Origin: Planctomycetota bacterium
GTDB lineage: Bacteria; Planctomycetota; SZUA-567; H5-PLA8
DNA length: 64,000 bases
Assembly: GCA_038227875.1 (NCBI GenBank)
Contig: JBBRPR010000009.1
Location: 32,001 to 96,000 of the forward strand
Direction of reading: 5' to 3'
Both the position numbers and the translations under genes were made by a program. The notes beneath the pieces are model-generated. The model was not told the DNA's origin. It made no database searches and saw only the letters and a list, made by a program, of their open reading frames with translations. Position 1 is the stretch's first letter; each line of letters begins with the position of its first letter. Positions 22,925 through 33,376 of this stretch are shown here, piece after piece.

Positions 22925-25732
22925 ATGTGCTGTCGTAAAAATGCGCGCCGTTTAAGTGGGAATCGATCCACTCACATCTTGTCGCTGGTGCTGGTTGCGG
23001 CCACGGTCGCTGGTTCTCTCCGCGCGGCTGATCCCTCCGAAATTACAGGCGCTCCGAACGGCGGCCTGCACATTCTCGTGGATGGCAACGAGCTCTGCGG
23101 TCTGGAACCGTTTGTCGCCGACGGAGGATGGAAATTCCTCGCACCCACGGCCGTGAATGCGCCCGCAGGTTCACCAACGCGCTTTCAGTTGAAAGTGGGC
23201 AAGGATGTTATCCCCGGCTCCGTCACTGTCGCCGAACGGGAAGGCAAGACGGAAGTGGTCTGGTCCTTCACGCCGGCCACGGACGTAGCCTTCAATGCGT
23301 TGGCGGTGGGCGCCAATTTCTCAGTGGCCACCATGGCCGGAGGAAAGTGGGACGCGGACGATCACCACGGTGCCTTTCCAGAGGTGTTTGCCGGCGCAGC
23401 GGTGCTGGGCGCTGATGTGAGTTCGTTTGAAGTGACCTACCCCGATGGCCGGACGATCAAGATGACGTTCCCGCACCCGACGCGTGTTTCCATTCAGGAC
23501 AACCGCCAATGGGGTGGGCCCTCGTTTTCCCTCCGGATCGGCAAGGGTATTGGAAAATTGGCCGCCAATGAGCACTACGAACTCGCGCTGACCCTTACGA
23601 GCCCCGCCGCGCTGCACTACCGGCCCGAGCAACCGATGATCATCACCGCCAACGACGAGTGGATTCCGATGGTGGACGAACTCGATATCGTTCCCGGCTC
23701 CGCGTTGGACCTGTCGTCCTGCGGTTTGATCGACGGTCCGTGCGGTACGAAAGGCCGGGTCATCATTACGCCTGAGGGCCATTTCGCCTACGCCAATGAT
23801 CCGGCAACACCGCGCCGTTTTTATGGCGTCAACCTGTGCTTTTCCGCTCAATATCTGCCCAAAGAGAACGCCGATCAATTGCTCGATCGCCTGGTGCGCC
23901 TGGGCTACAACGCGGTCCGCATTCATCACTATGAATTTCATCTCACCAAGACCGATTGGAAACCGGGGTTCGACTGGAGCCCCGAGCACGTAGATCAGTT
24001 GGATTACTTGATGGCCGGCTGCGCCAAGCGGGGACTGTGGCTGACCACCGATCTCTATGTCTCGCGCTTGATCACCGGCGAGCAACTGGGACTTCCCGTC
24101 GAGAAGCCGGATTTTAAAATGCTGGTGCCGGTCTACGAACCGGCCTTCAAAGACTGGCAGACATTCGCGCGCAAATTCCTCGACCGGGTCAACCCCTACA
24201 CGGGGAAGCGCATAGCCGAAGAGCCTGCGCTGGCTTGGATCTCTCTGGTCAACGAGGGCGGGCCACCCGGCGACAATGTGAAGCAATATCCCCAGTGGAA
24301 ATCCGCCTGGAACCGCTGGCTGGCCAAACGCTTCGCGGATCGAAAGTCACTCCAGGCGGCGCTGGGAGATCTGAACGACAAGGAAGATCCGGCCGCGGAA
24401 ACCGTCGCGTTCCCCGACAAGATCAAGAGCGCCTCGCCGCGCTCTCTGCTCTGCCAGGCATTTCTTGCGGACACCGAACGTGCCATGTTCGAACGCATGC
24501 GCCAGTTTCTGCGGGAGGATTTGAAGTGCCCGGCATTTCTAACGGACATTAACAGCTGCGGCCCCACTCCTGTGCCCATGCAGGCGGCGCGGGCTGCGTT
24601 TGATTATGTCGACGATCACTTCTACGTCGATCACCCGGTGTTTTTTGAAAACCAGTGGCATCTGCCCAGCCGCTGCAACAATACCAATCCCATCCGCGAA
24701 GGCGCGCCCGGTGGGTGCTCCAGTGCCAGCCTACGGGTGTGGGGCAAGCCGCTGACCATCAGTGAATACGATTATGCCGGTCCTGGCCGCTTTCGCGGAG
24801 TGGGTGGCATCCTCACCGGCGCCTTGGCGTCGCTGCAGGATTGGGACGCCATCTGGCGCTTTGCCTACTGCCACAAAGACAAGGACATCTCCACACCTTC
24901 TCCCATTGATTACTTTAATCTGGTCAGTGACCCGCTGAATCAGGCCGCCGACCGGACTGCGTTGTTGCTTTATCTGCGCCGCGACCTAACCGTGGCGCCG
25001 GGCCGGCTGGCCGTCGCGTTGCCCCTGGAAAGTTTGCGCAATCCCTCGATCCTGTCGGCGCTGAGCGGAACCGAAGCCTTCGCGTGGAACACCCGCATCG
25101 GTTGTGCGCTGCTCGATGAAAAGGCCCAAATCCCTCAGGACGCCGTCGCCATCCCGCTGGAGTCCGCCGGTGACCGTGCCGCCGTTGCCACTCGGTTGCG
25201 CGAACGTCACCTGCTCGGAGCAGGTCCGGACACGCTGATCCGCTCGGAGACTGGTGAGATCGCCTTGGATCGCAAACTCGGCGTGTTGACCATCGACACG
25301 CCGCGCGCCGCCGGAGGGTATTCCGATCCGGGTCAGAGCATCGACGCGACCAAGGCGGGAGTGCGCATCGACGGATTCACCACAGGGGCGACGGTCTTTG
25401 TCAATAGCCTGGAGCGGGTGCCGATCAAGAACGCCAAGCGGATTCTCGTCACACACCTGACTGATCTGCAGAATCAGGGCGCTCATTACGGCGAGTCCGC
25501 CCGCCAGACACTGCTGGAATGGGGCACGCTGCCCCACTTGGTCCGCGACGGAGCCGCTGTGGTACATCTGGCGATGGCCGATCCGGCCGCATACGAAGTC
25601 TGGGCGTTGTCGGCCGGCGGACGACGGCTGGAACGCATTCCCGCCACCGTTGACAATTCTGGACTGGTCTTTCCGGTTCGTGTAAAGGCGACTGATGGCG
25701 CACGCCTGTTGTATGAGGTCAGTGTTAAGTAA
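22925..25732 (+). CDS. secreted clan GH-A glycoside hydrolase (GH5-like)
   Basis: Signal peptide; 'RFYGVNL', 'GYNAVRIHH', 'VNPYTG', 'ISLVNE' (acid/base), 'DDHFYVDHP', 'KPLTISEY' (nucleophile). Confidence 0.75.
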   Translation: MCCRKNARRLSGNRSTHILSLVLVAATVAGSLRAADPSEITGAPNGGLHILVDGNELCGLEPFVADGGWKFLAPTAVNAPAGSPTRFQLKVGKDVIPGSVTVAEREGKTEVVWSFTPATDVAFNALAVGANFSVATMAGGKWDADDHHGAFPEVFAGAAVLGADVSSFEVTYPDGRTIKMTFPHPTRVSIQDNRQWGGPSFSLRIGKGIGKLAANEHYELALTLTSPAALHYRPEQPMIITANDEWIPMVDELDIVPGSALDLSSCGLIDGPCGTKGRVIITPEGHFAYANDPATPRRFYGVNLCFSAQYLPKENADQLLDRLVRLGYNAVRIHHYEFHLTKTDWKPGFDWSPEHVDQLDYLMAGCAKRGLWLTTDLYVSRLITGEQLGLPVEKPDFKMLVPVYEPAFKDWQTFARKFLDRVNPYTGKRIAEEPALAWISLVNEGGPPGDNVKQYPQWKSAWNRWLAKRFADRKSLQAALGDLNDKEDPAAETVAFPDKIKSASPRSLLCQAFLADTERAMFERMRQFLREDLKCPAFLTDINSCGPTPVPMQAARAAFDYVDDHFYVDHPVFFENQWHLPSRCNNTNPIREGAPGGCSSASLRVWGKPLTISEYDYAGPGRFRGVGGILTGALASLQDWDAIWRFAYCHKDKDISTPSPIDYFNLVSDPLNQAADRTALLLYLRRDLTVAPGRLAVALPLESLRNPSILSALSGTEAFAWNTRIGCALLDEKAQIPQDAVAIPLESAGDRAAVATRLRERHLLGAGPDTLIRSETGEIALDRKLGVLTIDTPRAAGGYSDPGQSIDATKAGVRIDGFTTGATVFVNSLERVPIKNAKRILVTHLTDLQNQGAHYGESARQTLLEWGTLPHLVRDGAAVVHLAMADPAAYEVWALSAGGRRLERIPATVDNSGLVFPVRVKATDGARLLYEVSVK

Positions 25733-25799
25733 CCTGTGCGCCAGTGGCCTGCGTCTGCGAGTTGCGAAATGCGGCGCACCTCATAAAGTAGTGTTTCAC

Positions 25800-26678
25800 A
25801 TGAGCTTCAATGATTCTTCCGCGGGCGCGAAGATCCCCGCTGTTACGCTGCGCACCCCGGTTTCGCTGGAAGGCGTCGGCCTTCATTCCGGCAAGACCGT
25901 CAAGTTGACTGTGTTTCCTACCTTAATAGGAGCGCTGGAAAGCGGGATCGTCTTCGTCCGTACCGACCTTCCCGGCGCGCCGGAAATTCGCGTCACCGAC
26001 GTCGACCCCAAGGCGCCGCCCTTCCGCACCGCGCTGCGCAAGGGAGAGGCGGACGTGCACACTGTCGAACACCTGCTCTCCGCGCTCTCTGCATTGGGCG
26101 TCACGCACTGCCGCATCGAACTCGACGGCCCTGAAGTGCCCGGCATGGACGGAAGTGCGAAGAACTTCGTCGACGCCATCCGTGCCGCCGGAACCACGCA
26201 ATTGAAGACTGACAGTGTCGCGCCGTTGGTCATCGCATCGTCAGTGACCGTCGAAGAAGGCATCGCCAAACTCACCGCCACGCCGGTGCCAGGGCAGCGT
26301 AGTCTGACCATCGACTACACGCTCCATTATCCCGGCCATACCCTGGCGCAGGGGCAGTACCGCTTTGAAGTCAGCGCCGACGCGTTCGTCCGGGAGATCG
26401 CACCCGCGCGCACCTTTGCGATGAAGCCGGACGCCGAAGCGATGCGCGCGGCGGGACTCGGAAAAGGCGCGACGCTGCAGAACACTGTGATCATTGACGG
26501 CGACAAGCCCGTTGATACCACGCTGCGCTTCGACAACGAACCTGTCCGCCATAAAATCCTCGATCTGATTGGCGACCTCTACGTGCTCGGCCGTCCCGTT
26601 TACGGGCACATCGAAGCCCGCTGCTCGGGACATAAAACGAACCGCGAACTGGCGAAAAAACTGGCCGCAGCGCACTAA
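25800..26678 (+). CDS. lpxC: UDP-3-O-acyl-N-acetylglucosamine deacetylase
   Basis: 'GVGLHSG', 'TVEHLLSAL', 'PGMDGSA', 'IAPARTF', 'HKILDLIGDL'. Confidence 0.95.
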   Translation: MSFNDSSAGAKIPAVTLRTPVSLEGVGLHSGKTVKLTVFPTLIGALESGIVFVRTDLPGAPEIRVTDVDPKAPPFRTALRKGEADVHTVEHLLSALSALGVTHCRIELDGPEVPGMDGSAKNFVDAIRAAGTTQLKTDSVAPLVIASSVTVEEGIAKLTATPVPGQRSLTIDYTLHYPGHTLAQGQYRFEVSADAFVREIAPARTFAMKPDAEAMRAAGLGKGATLQNTVIIDGDKPVDTTLRFDNEPVRHKILDLIGDLYVLGRPVYGHIEARCSGHKTNRELAKKLAAAH

Positions 26679-26708
26679 ACTGATCATCAAGGGAGTGGAG
26701 AAGCGCCG

Positions 26709-27164
26709 ATGATGGACGTCAATGAAATCAAAACGATTCTGCCGCACCGCTACCCGATGCTGATGGTCGACCGCATTGTCGAAATCGAACCCGGCAAGCG
26801 CATTGTCGGCATCAAGAACGTAACCAGTAATGAAGCGATTTTCGAAGGCCACTTCCCGGGCAAGCCCATTTTCCCCGGCGTGCTGATCCTGGAAGCGCTG
26901 GCGCAGGTCTCGTGTGTGCTGGTCCTGCGCGACCTGAACGTTCCGGGTTGCATTGCGCTTTTCACCGGCGCGGATAACGTGTCATTCCGCAAGATGGTGC
27001 TTCCCGGCGATCAACTGCGCCTTGAAGCCGAAGTCGAAAAGATCCGCGCGCCGTTTGGCCGGATGAAAGTGAAAGCGACAGTCGATGGCGCACTAGCCTG
27101 CGAGGCCGTCATAAAGTTCATGATCCAGATGCCGGGAAAGACGGACGAGAAGGCAGAAGGTTGA
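26709..27164 (+). CDS. fabZ: 3-hydroxyacyl-ACP dehydratase
   Basis: 'LPHRYPMLMVD', 'FEGHFPGKPIFPGVLILEALAQ'. Confidence 0.95.
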   Translation: MMDVNEIKTILPHRYPMLMVDRIVEIEPGKRIVGIKNVTSNEAIFEGHFPGKPIFPGVLILEALAQVSCVLVLRDLNVPGCIALFTGADNVSFRKMVLPGDQLRLEAEVEKIRAPFGRMKVKATVDGALACEAVIKFMIQMPGKTDEKAEG

Positions 27165-27226
27165 TGACAGTGAGCGGCATTCGCGTGAAGACACCTTACT
27201 TGGATTGGCACACAAACCTCTGAACC

Positions 27227-28087
27227 ATGCGAAACATTCATTCCACAGCGATCATCGATCCCAAGGCCAGGCTGGCTGACGACGTCAGCGTCGGACCGTA
27301 CAGCATCGTCGGACCGGATGTCGAACTGGGCAGCGGCTGCAACATCGAAAATCACGTCACGGTCACCGGCTGCACGACGCTGGGCAAAAACGTCCACGTC
27401 TTCCCCGGCGCCGTCGTCGGCGGCTCGCCGCAGGATCTGAAATACAAGGGCGAACGCACCACGCTGACCATCGGCGACAACACCGTCATCCGAGAATGCT
27501 GTACGCTCCACGTCGGCACGGAACTGGGCGGCGGCACGACGGAAGTCGGCGCCAACAATCTGATCATGGCCTACGTCCACATCGCTCACGACTGCCGCCT
27601 GAAGAACAACATCGTCATCGCCAACGCCGCGCAGCTGGCCGGGCATGTCCACGTCGAAGACGGCGCGCGCATTTCGGGTCTCGCCGCGATCCATCATTTC
27701 GTGCGCATCGGTTCGTGTTCGTTCGTCGCCGGCTGCGCGAAGCTCTCGATCGACGTGCCGCCGTTTACGCTGGCCGAAGGCCACCCCGCGCGCATCCGCG
27801 GACTGAACCGCGAAGGCCTCAAGCGCCGCGGGCTGACGCCGGAAGCGCAAGACGCGATCAAGGAAGCCTATCGGCTCTGCTACCGTGAAGAGATTTCGCA
27901 GGAGCAGGCGTTCGTTCGGATCGCGGAATCTGGCGGCGACAAGTTTGCTGAAGTGAAGTACTTCGTGGATTTCCTGAAGGCGACGGCGCGCGGCAAGCAC
28001 GGACGGGCACTGGAAGCCGACCGGGAAATCCTGCCGCCTGAAGAACGCGACGGCCGGCTGGCCCGCGGAACCGGTATCTCGGACTGA
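27227..28087 (+). CDS. lpxA: acyl-ACP--UDP-N-acetylglucosamine O-acyltransferase
   Basis: Hexapeptide repeats, 'PQDLKYKGE', 'HIAHDC', 'LAGHV', 'GLNREGLKRRG'. Confidence 0.95.
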   Translation: MRNIHSTAIIDPKARLADDVSVGPYSIVGPDVELGSGCNIENHVTVTGCTTLGKNVHVFPGAVVGGSPQDLKYKGERTTLTIGDNTVIRECCTLHVGTELGGGTTEVGANNLIMAYVHIAHDCRLKNNIVIANAAQLAGHVHVEDGARISGLAAIHHFVRIGSCSFVAGCAKLSIDVPPFTLAEGHPARIRGLNREGLKRRGLTPEAQDAIKEAYRLCYREEISQEQAFVRIAESGGDKFAEVKYFVDFLKATARGKHGRALEADREILPPEERDGRLARGTGISD

Positions 28088-28099
28088 GACTAACTACAG

Positions 28100-28846
28100 A
28101 TGACACCGACTTTCACCAGCCGCGCCGCGGCAGTGCTGATGTTTGTTTTCGCTGCCGCAGCTGCGTTTGCGGCAGAACCGCCGGCGAAAGAAAGCGCGGA
28201 ACCTGCGGCGGCCGCCGGAACTGCTCTGCCGCGTGTGCGCATGTCGACCTCGCACGGCGACATCGACATCGAACTCTACGAAGACGACGCGCCGAACACC
28301 GTCGCCAACTTCATCGAGCTTTGTGAAAAGCACTTCTTCGATGGCTTGAAGTTTCACGACGTGATCAACAACCGCTGGGTGCAGACCGGCGATCCGACGG
28401 GCACCGGCCGCGGCGGTCCCAGCTACAAGTTCGCGCACGAAGTCAACGCGGAGTCGCTGGGGCTGGATAAGATCATGGTCAAAGACTTCGTGGTCCGGTA
28501 TAAAATGACCCCTCCGGCGGGCACGGAGCAGTTGACGCTGAAAGAGTTGTATGAAAAGCAGGGCTTTCATTTCGTGTCGAACTTGAAAAGCCATCCGGTC
28601 GAAAAAGGTGCGGTGGCGATGGCGTACCGGACGCCCGATTCGAATGGTTCGCAGTTCTTTATCGCGCTTAACGATTGCCCGTGGCTGGACGGAAAACATA
28701 CAGTGTTCGGGCACGTGACCGGTGGTCTGGAAATTCTGAAATTGGTGCAGAAGGGCGACATCGTCGATAAGATTGAAATCATCAGTAAACGAGATCATCC
28801 CTATCATGTGAAAACTCTGGAAGGAAAGGTGGAGCCAGCCAAATGA
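28100..28846 (+). CDS. exported cyclophilin-type PPIase with a degenerate active site
   Basis: Signal peptide; 'APNTVANF', '[15 protein letters not shown]', 'NGSQFFI', '[10 protein letters not shown]'. Confidence 0.85.
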   Translation: MTPTFTSRAAAVLMFVFAAAAAFAAEPPAKESAEPAAAAGTALPRVRMSTSHGDIDIELYEDDAPNTVANFIELCEKHFFDGLKFHDVINNRWVQTGDPTGTGRGGPSYKFAHEVNAESLGLDKIMVKDFVVRYKMTPPAGTEQLTLKELYEKQGFHFVSNLKSHPVEKGAVAMAYRTPDSNGSQFFIALNDCPWLDGKHTVFGHVTGGLEILKLVQKGDIVDKIEIISKRDHPYHVKTLEGKVEPAK

Positions 28847-29691
28847 AGAGTACTACGTCACTCAATGTCGTCTCCGGACGAGCCCTGTTCGCGCTCGTGA
28901 TTGGAGTGTTCCTGTTGTCGCTGACCGGCTGCGGTGAAGACGCGCAGAAGCCGTACTCGGGTCCGTCGACTGGACTGCCCTACACGCCCACGCCGCCGCC
29001 GCAGAACCCGACCGCGGTGATCAGCACCGATGCCGGCGACGTGACGCTGGAGCTCTTTGAAGACGACGCGCCGAACACGGTCGCCAACTTCATTACGCTT
29101 GCCGAAAAGGGCTTTTACAACGGCCTGACCTTCCACCGCATCATCAAGGGTTTCATGATTCAGGGCGGAGATCCGAAGGGCGACGGCACCGGCGGTCCCG
29201 GCTACAAGTTCGGCGACGAAATCGACGGCAATCCCAACGACTTCGATCACTACGCATTGGCGATGGCTAATTCCGGCGCCGATACGAACGGCTCCCAGTT
29301 CTTTATCGTCACCAACCCGAAGGGCACGCCGCATCTGCGCCGCAACCTGCGGGCTCAGCCGCCGGTCAATGGCCACACGATTTTTGGCAAGGTCACCAAG
29401 GGCCAGGACATTGTCGACAAGCTTGAGAATTCTCCGGTCGTCGGTGAGCGCCCGAATCCCGTCGTCAAAATCAACTCCGTCAAGATCACGCAGAAGCGCA
29501 AACACGAATACGAAGTGATCGGCAAGGTGATGGATCCCGTCCCGGTCACGCCGCCGCCGGCTCCGGGCGACAAAAAGCCGGACGACAAGAAGACGGACGA
29601 TAGGAAGGTGGACGACAAGAAGACCGACGCCAAGCCGGAAGTGAAACCCGACGCGAAGGCCGACGACAAGAAGCCCGCTGAGAAGAAGTAA
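28843..29691 (+). CDS. lipoprotein cyclophilin-type PPIase with a Lys/Asp-rich tail
   Basis: Lipobox LTGC; '[15 protein letters not shown]', 'NGSQFFI', 'HTIFG'. Confidence 0.9.
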   Translation: MKSTTSLNVVSGRALFALVIGVFLLSLTGCGEDAQKPYSGPSTGLPYTPTPPPQNPTAVISTDAGDVTLELFEDDAPNTVANFITLAEKGFYNGLTFHRIIKGFMIQGGDPKGDGTGGPGYKFGDEIDGNPNDFDHYALAMANSGADTNGSQFFIVTNPKGTPHLRRNLRAQPPVNGHTIFGKVTKGQDIVDKLENSPVVGERPNPVVKINSVKITQKRKHEYEVIGKVMDPVPVTPPPAPGDKKPDDKKTDDRKVDDKKTDAKPEVKPDAKADDKKPAEKK

Positions 29692-29737
29692 CGCCGCGAC
29701 CCTGTGTCCTTACACGACACTAGATAAGGAGCCAAAC

Positions 29738-30250
29738 ATGGCTGAAGCAAATCCGGTAGTGACCATGAAGACGACGCTGGGCGAAGTGGAACTTGAGCTG
29801 TTTGAAGACGCCGCGCCGAACACGGTCGGGAATTTCGTCTCGCTGGCCGAGGCCGGTTTCTACAACGGCAAGACGTTTCATCGCATCATCAAGGACTTCA
29901 TGATTCAGGGTGGCTGTCCGAAGGGCACGGGCACGGGCGATCCGGGCTATCGTTTCGCCGATGAGTTCAAAGGGAATCCGCACTCCTGCGACCGCTACAC
30001 CATCTGCATGGCCAACGCGGGACCGAATACAAACGGTTCACAGTTCTTCATCGTGACCAAGACCGACGGCTGCGGCTGGCTCAATGGCAAGCACACCGTT
30101 TTCGGCAAGGTGACCAAGGGCCACGACGTGGTCGACAAGTTGGGCAATACCAAGACCGGTCCTGGCGATCGACCGAATCCGGAAATGAAGCTCGAAACCG
30201 TGACCGTGACGTCCAAGCGTGCTCATCCCTACACTGTCAAAAAGCTCTAA
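29738..30250 (+). CDS. cytoplasmic cyclophilin-type PPIase
   Basis: 'FHRIIKDFMIQGG', '[15 protein letters not shown]', 'WLNGKHTVFG'. Confidence 0.92.
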   Translation: MAEANPVVTMKTTLGEVELELFEDAAPNTVGNFVSLAEAGFYNGKTFHRIIKDFMIQGGCPKGTGTGDPGYRFADEFKGNPHSCDRYTICMANAGPNTNGSQFFIVTKTDGCGWLNGKHTVFGKVTKGHDVVDKLGNTKTGPGDRPNPEMKLETVTVTSKRAHPYTVKKL

Positions 30251-30257
30251 CCTGCTG

Positions 30258-30297
30258 GCACGCGGCACGGATTGAAAAATCCGCGCCGCGTGCTTTT
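30258..30297 (+). terminator. intrinsic terminator after the third cyclophilin
   Basis: GCACGCGGC-a-CGGATT-gaaa-AATCCG-c-GCCGCGTGC-TTTT. Confidence 0.7.
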
Positions 30298-30326
30298 GAT
30301 CCGACTCGCTGCGAAGTGGCTGCGCC

Positions 30327-30818
30327 ATGTTTGACACGAATGCCTACTTTCGGACGGAGATCGAAAACGTCGGCCGGCACTGGCGCGAGATCATCGACGC
30401 GCTGGATGCCCCGCTGGTGTTGCGCCGTCCAATACCCGAAATGAACCACGCCCTGTGGCTGACCGGCCACATGATCTGGGCGGAGGACTACCTGCTGTAC
30501 GAAGTGCCCACTGGAAATCACACCCGCCGCACCGAGTGGGACGGCTGGTTCGACCACACCAGCGAACGCCTGCCGGATGCCGTCTATCCGCCGTGGGCGG
30601 AAGTCCGCGCGGAATACTACCACGTCCACGAACACGCCGTGAAATTTCTCTCACATCAGACCGTCAACGCACTGACGCGCCCGTCGGCACTCAACCGCCA
30701 GTGGTTCCCGACTGCCAATCACAGCATTGCCCACCAGGTCACCCACGGTCACTACCACCTCGGCCAGCTCGTCTACCTGCAGAAACTCCTGAAAGCGCCG
30801 GTTCATGCCGACAAGTAA
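30327..30818 (+). CDS. DinB family protein
   Basis: 'NHALWLTGHM' and 'HGHYHLGQL' metal-binding His pattern. Confidence 0.8.
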   Translation: MFDTNAYFRTEIENVGRHWREIIDALDAPLVLRRPIPEMNHALWLTGHMIWAEDYLLYEVPTGNHTRRTEWDGWFDHTSERLPDAVYPPWAEVRAEYYHVHEHAVKFLSHQTVNALTRPSALNRQWFPTANHSIAHQVTHGHYHLGQLVYLQKLLKAPVHADK

Positions 30819-31821
30819 TCAAATTCGCGTCGGTGTCGTAGGGCTCGGCCATCTCGGCAAGTTCCACGCGGAGAATTACGTCAAGCTGGCGAAGCAGAAG
30901 GACGCGCGCTTTACGCTCGTCGCGCTCTGCGACGCCACGCCTGCCGGCGAAGCCGTGGCCAAGGCCTGCAAGGTGCCGTTCTTCTCCGACTACCGGCAGC
31001 TGGAAGGCAAAGTCGACGCGGTCTCCGTCGTCGTGCCGACCACGTACCATCACGAAGTCGGCTGCTATTTTCTCGAACGCGGCGTCGCCTGCCTGATCGA
31101 AAAGCCGCTGGCCAAAACCGTCGCCGAAGCCGAGCAACTCGTCGCGCTGGCCAAGGCCAAGGACGCGATCCTGCAGGTCGGCCACGTGGAGCGTTTCAAC
31201 CCGATCGTCCGCGCCGCGTCGCAGTACTTCGGCAAGCCGCGCTTCATCGAAGCAACGCGAATTTCGCCGTACCCGTTCCGCTCAACCGACGTCAGCGTCA
31301 CGCTTGACCTGATGATCCACGACATCGACCTCGCGCTTTCCGTCACGCGCGAAGACCCGACCGAAATCCGCGCCGCCGGGACGCCGGTCTTTTCGAAGTC
31401 CGACGACATCGCCAACGCGCGCCTGGAATTCCCGACCTCCGTCGCCAACGTCAGCGCCAGCCGCGTCTCGCTGAAGAAAGAGCGCAAGTGGCGCATTTTC
31501 CAGGAGCACGGCTACCTCTCGCTTAACCTCCTCGAAAACGAAGGCGTCTTCATCGAGAAGTCTGAAGCCTTAAAGAACGGCGAGATCGATCCGTCGAAGC
31601 TCAGCCTGACGTCGATCGGCATCGCGGCGCTTACGTTTCAGCTCGAAAAGCTGGTCAAGCGCGTGGTGCTGAAAGGCGACAAGACTCCTGCGCTCGAAGC
31701 CGAACTTGCCGACTTCGTCGCCTGTGTCGTCGAACACCGCAAGCCGCTGGTCGATGGGTTCGAAGGCCTGCGCGCGCTCCGCGTTGCCGACCAAGTAATG
31801 TCCGTTATGAAAAAGCTGTGA
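30805..31821 (+). CDS. Gfo/Idh/MocA oxidoreductase (GnnA-like)
   Basis: 'GVVGLGHLGKFH', 'LIEKP', 'QVGHVERFNP', 'LDLMIHDID'; lies near lpxA. Confidence 0.85.
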   Translation: MPTSNQIRVGVVGLGHLGKFHAENYVKLAKQKDARFTLVALCDATPAGEAVAKACKVPFFSDYRQLEGKVDAVSVVVPTTYHHEVGCYFLERGVACLIEKPLAKTVAEAEQLVALAKAKDAILQVGHVERFNPIVRAASQYFGKPRFIEATRISPYPFRSTDVSVTLDLMIHDIDLALSVTREDPTEIRAAGTPVFSKSDDIANARLEFPTSVANVSASRVSLKKERKWRIFQEHGYLSLNLLENEGVFIEKSEALKNGEIDPSKLSLTSIGIAALTFQLEKLVKRVVLKGDKTPALEAELADFVACVVEHRKPLVDGFEGLRALRVADQVMSVMKKL

Positions 31822-31824
31822 TTC

Positions 31825-32583
31825 ATGAGATTGCTCCTGCACACCGCAACGACTCCCGCCGCGGACCTCGCGCTTGAGGAGGCGATTCATCTCGCGCTTG
31901 AAGACGATGCGGCGCCGGACACGTGGCGGCTCTGGCAGGCCCGCGTGCCGGCGGTGATTCTTGGCACGGGGCAGGAGTCCGCGCGCGAAGCGAATCTGGA
32001 ACTCACGCGCCAATTGAATATGCCGGTGCTGCGGCGGCACTCGGGCGGCGGCGCGGTGGTAATCGGTCCGGGGGCGATCAACTTCTCCGCGTTCTACCGT
32101 TTCAGTACGCTGCCGGGCTCGGAGACCATCCGCGGCGCGATGTCCGCGGCGCTTTCGCCAGTCGTGAGCGCTCTGGCGCGGAACGGCATTCAGGCCAGGG
32201 AAGCTGGGTTGTCGGATCTGGCAGTGCTGGGAACCGACGGGACGCTGCGCAAGATCGCGGGCAATTCGCAGGCACGCAAGAAACGCGGCGTCACGGTTCA
32301 TGGCACGCTGCTGGCCGATCCGGATTTTCCACTGATCCAGCGCGTGCTGAATTTCCCCTCGTCGGTGCCCGACTACCGATCCGGCCGCGATCACCGCTCG
32401 TTCCTGACCAGTCTACGCGAACTGAACGCGCCGTTCGATTTGGAATCGTTCACGAAGGCGTTGCTCGCCGTCCTGCCTGCGGATATTTTGGTGGCGACGG
32501 AACCGAGTTCCGACGAGCAGGCCCGCGCGGCGCGGCTGCTTGACGAAAAGTACGGCACGCCGGCGTGGAACCTGCGACGATAG
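31825..32583 (+). CDS. lipoate-protein ligase A family protein
   Basis: 'RRHSGGGAV', 'KIAGNSQ', 'HGTLL'. Confidence 0.85.
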   Translation: MRLLLHTATTPAADLALEEAIHLALEDDAAPDTWRLWQARVPAVILGTGQESAREANLELTRQLNMPVLRRHSGGGAVVIGPGAINFSAFYRFSTLPGSETIRGAMSAALSPVVSALARNGIQAREAGLSDLAVLGTDGTLRKIAGNSQARKKRGVTVHGTLLADPDFPLIQRVLNFPSSVPDYRSGRDHRSFLTSLRELNAPFDLESFTKALLAVLPADILVATEPSSDEQARAARLLDEKYGTPAWNLRR

Positions 32584-32584
32584 C

Positions 32585-33367
32585 ATGAAACGCCCACTGA
32601 AAACGCTCGTTCTTTCCGACCTGCATCTCGGTCGCGTCACCACGTACGCTCATGCGCCGGAAGTGATTGCGCCGCTGGTTGAAGGCGTCGATCGTGTGCT
32701 GCTGCTCGGCGACATCATCGATCATTGGTACACGAATCGGAATCAGGTCGCCGATCTTGAAGCGCGTATCCACACCGTCTGCAAGGCCGGCGGCGCGCGC
32801 GAAGTTATTTACTTCCGCGGCAACCACGATGCCGGCTGCGAGTCGGGCGAGGAATTCAAAGTCTTCGACGGCATGCTCTACCTCCACGGCCACGCCGTTT
32901 ACAATAAGCTCAATGGGGACGGCTGCCCGACGACGCGCATCAAAGCGCTGAACCAGCGCAAGTACGGCTCGCACCTCACGGCCTCGCGGCTCGATAAGCG
33001 GGTCTGGACGGTGATCGACCGCATCTACGGCACGATCCCGATGGCGATGATCAGTCCAATCGCGTGGCCGCTACCGGTGCTGTGGCGCATCCGCACGCTG
33101 GTTGACGAAGTTGCACCCAACGGCGGCATTCACGGTGTGGTGCTTGGCCACTCACACCGGCCCGGCGTGCGCAAACATAAGAACCTCACGCTCTTCAATC
33201 TCGGCGGCTGGATGAAAAACACCCGCGCCTGCGCGTTCGTGCGCGAAGGCGAGCACATCCAGCTGATTCACATCGATAACCGCCGCAGTCAGTTGCGTCT
33301 CGGCAAAGTCCTGTTCGAGGGCGGACTCAACGAGAACGGCATGGCTGTAAAACCCAAAAGCCGTTAG
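32585..33367 (+). CDS. calcineurin-like metallophosphoesterase (LpxH-like)
   Basis: 'SDLHLG', 'GDIID', 'GNHD', 'HGH', 'GHSH', 'NLGGW'. Confidence 0.8.
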   Translation: MKRPLKTLVLSDLHLGRVTTYAHAPEVIAPLVEGVDRVLLLGDIIDHWYTNRNQVADLEARIHTVCKAGGAREVIYFRGNHDAGCESGEEFKVFDGMLYLHGHAVYNKLNGDGCPTTRIKALNQRKYGSHLTASRLDKRVWTVIDRIYGTIPMAMISPIAWPLPVLWRIRTLVDEVAPNGGIHGVVLGHSHRPGVRKHKNLTLFNLGGWMKNTRACAFVREGEHIQLIHIDNRRSQLRLGKVLFEGGLNENGMAVKPKSR

Positions 33368-33376
33368 AAACGTATT

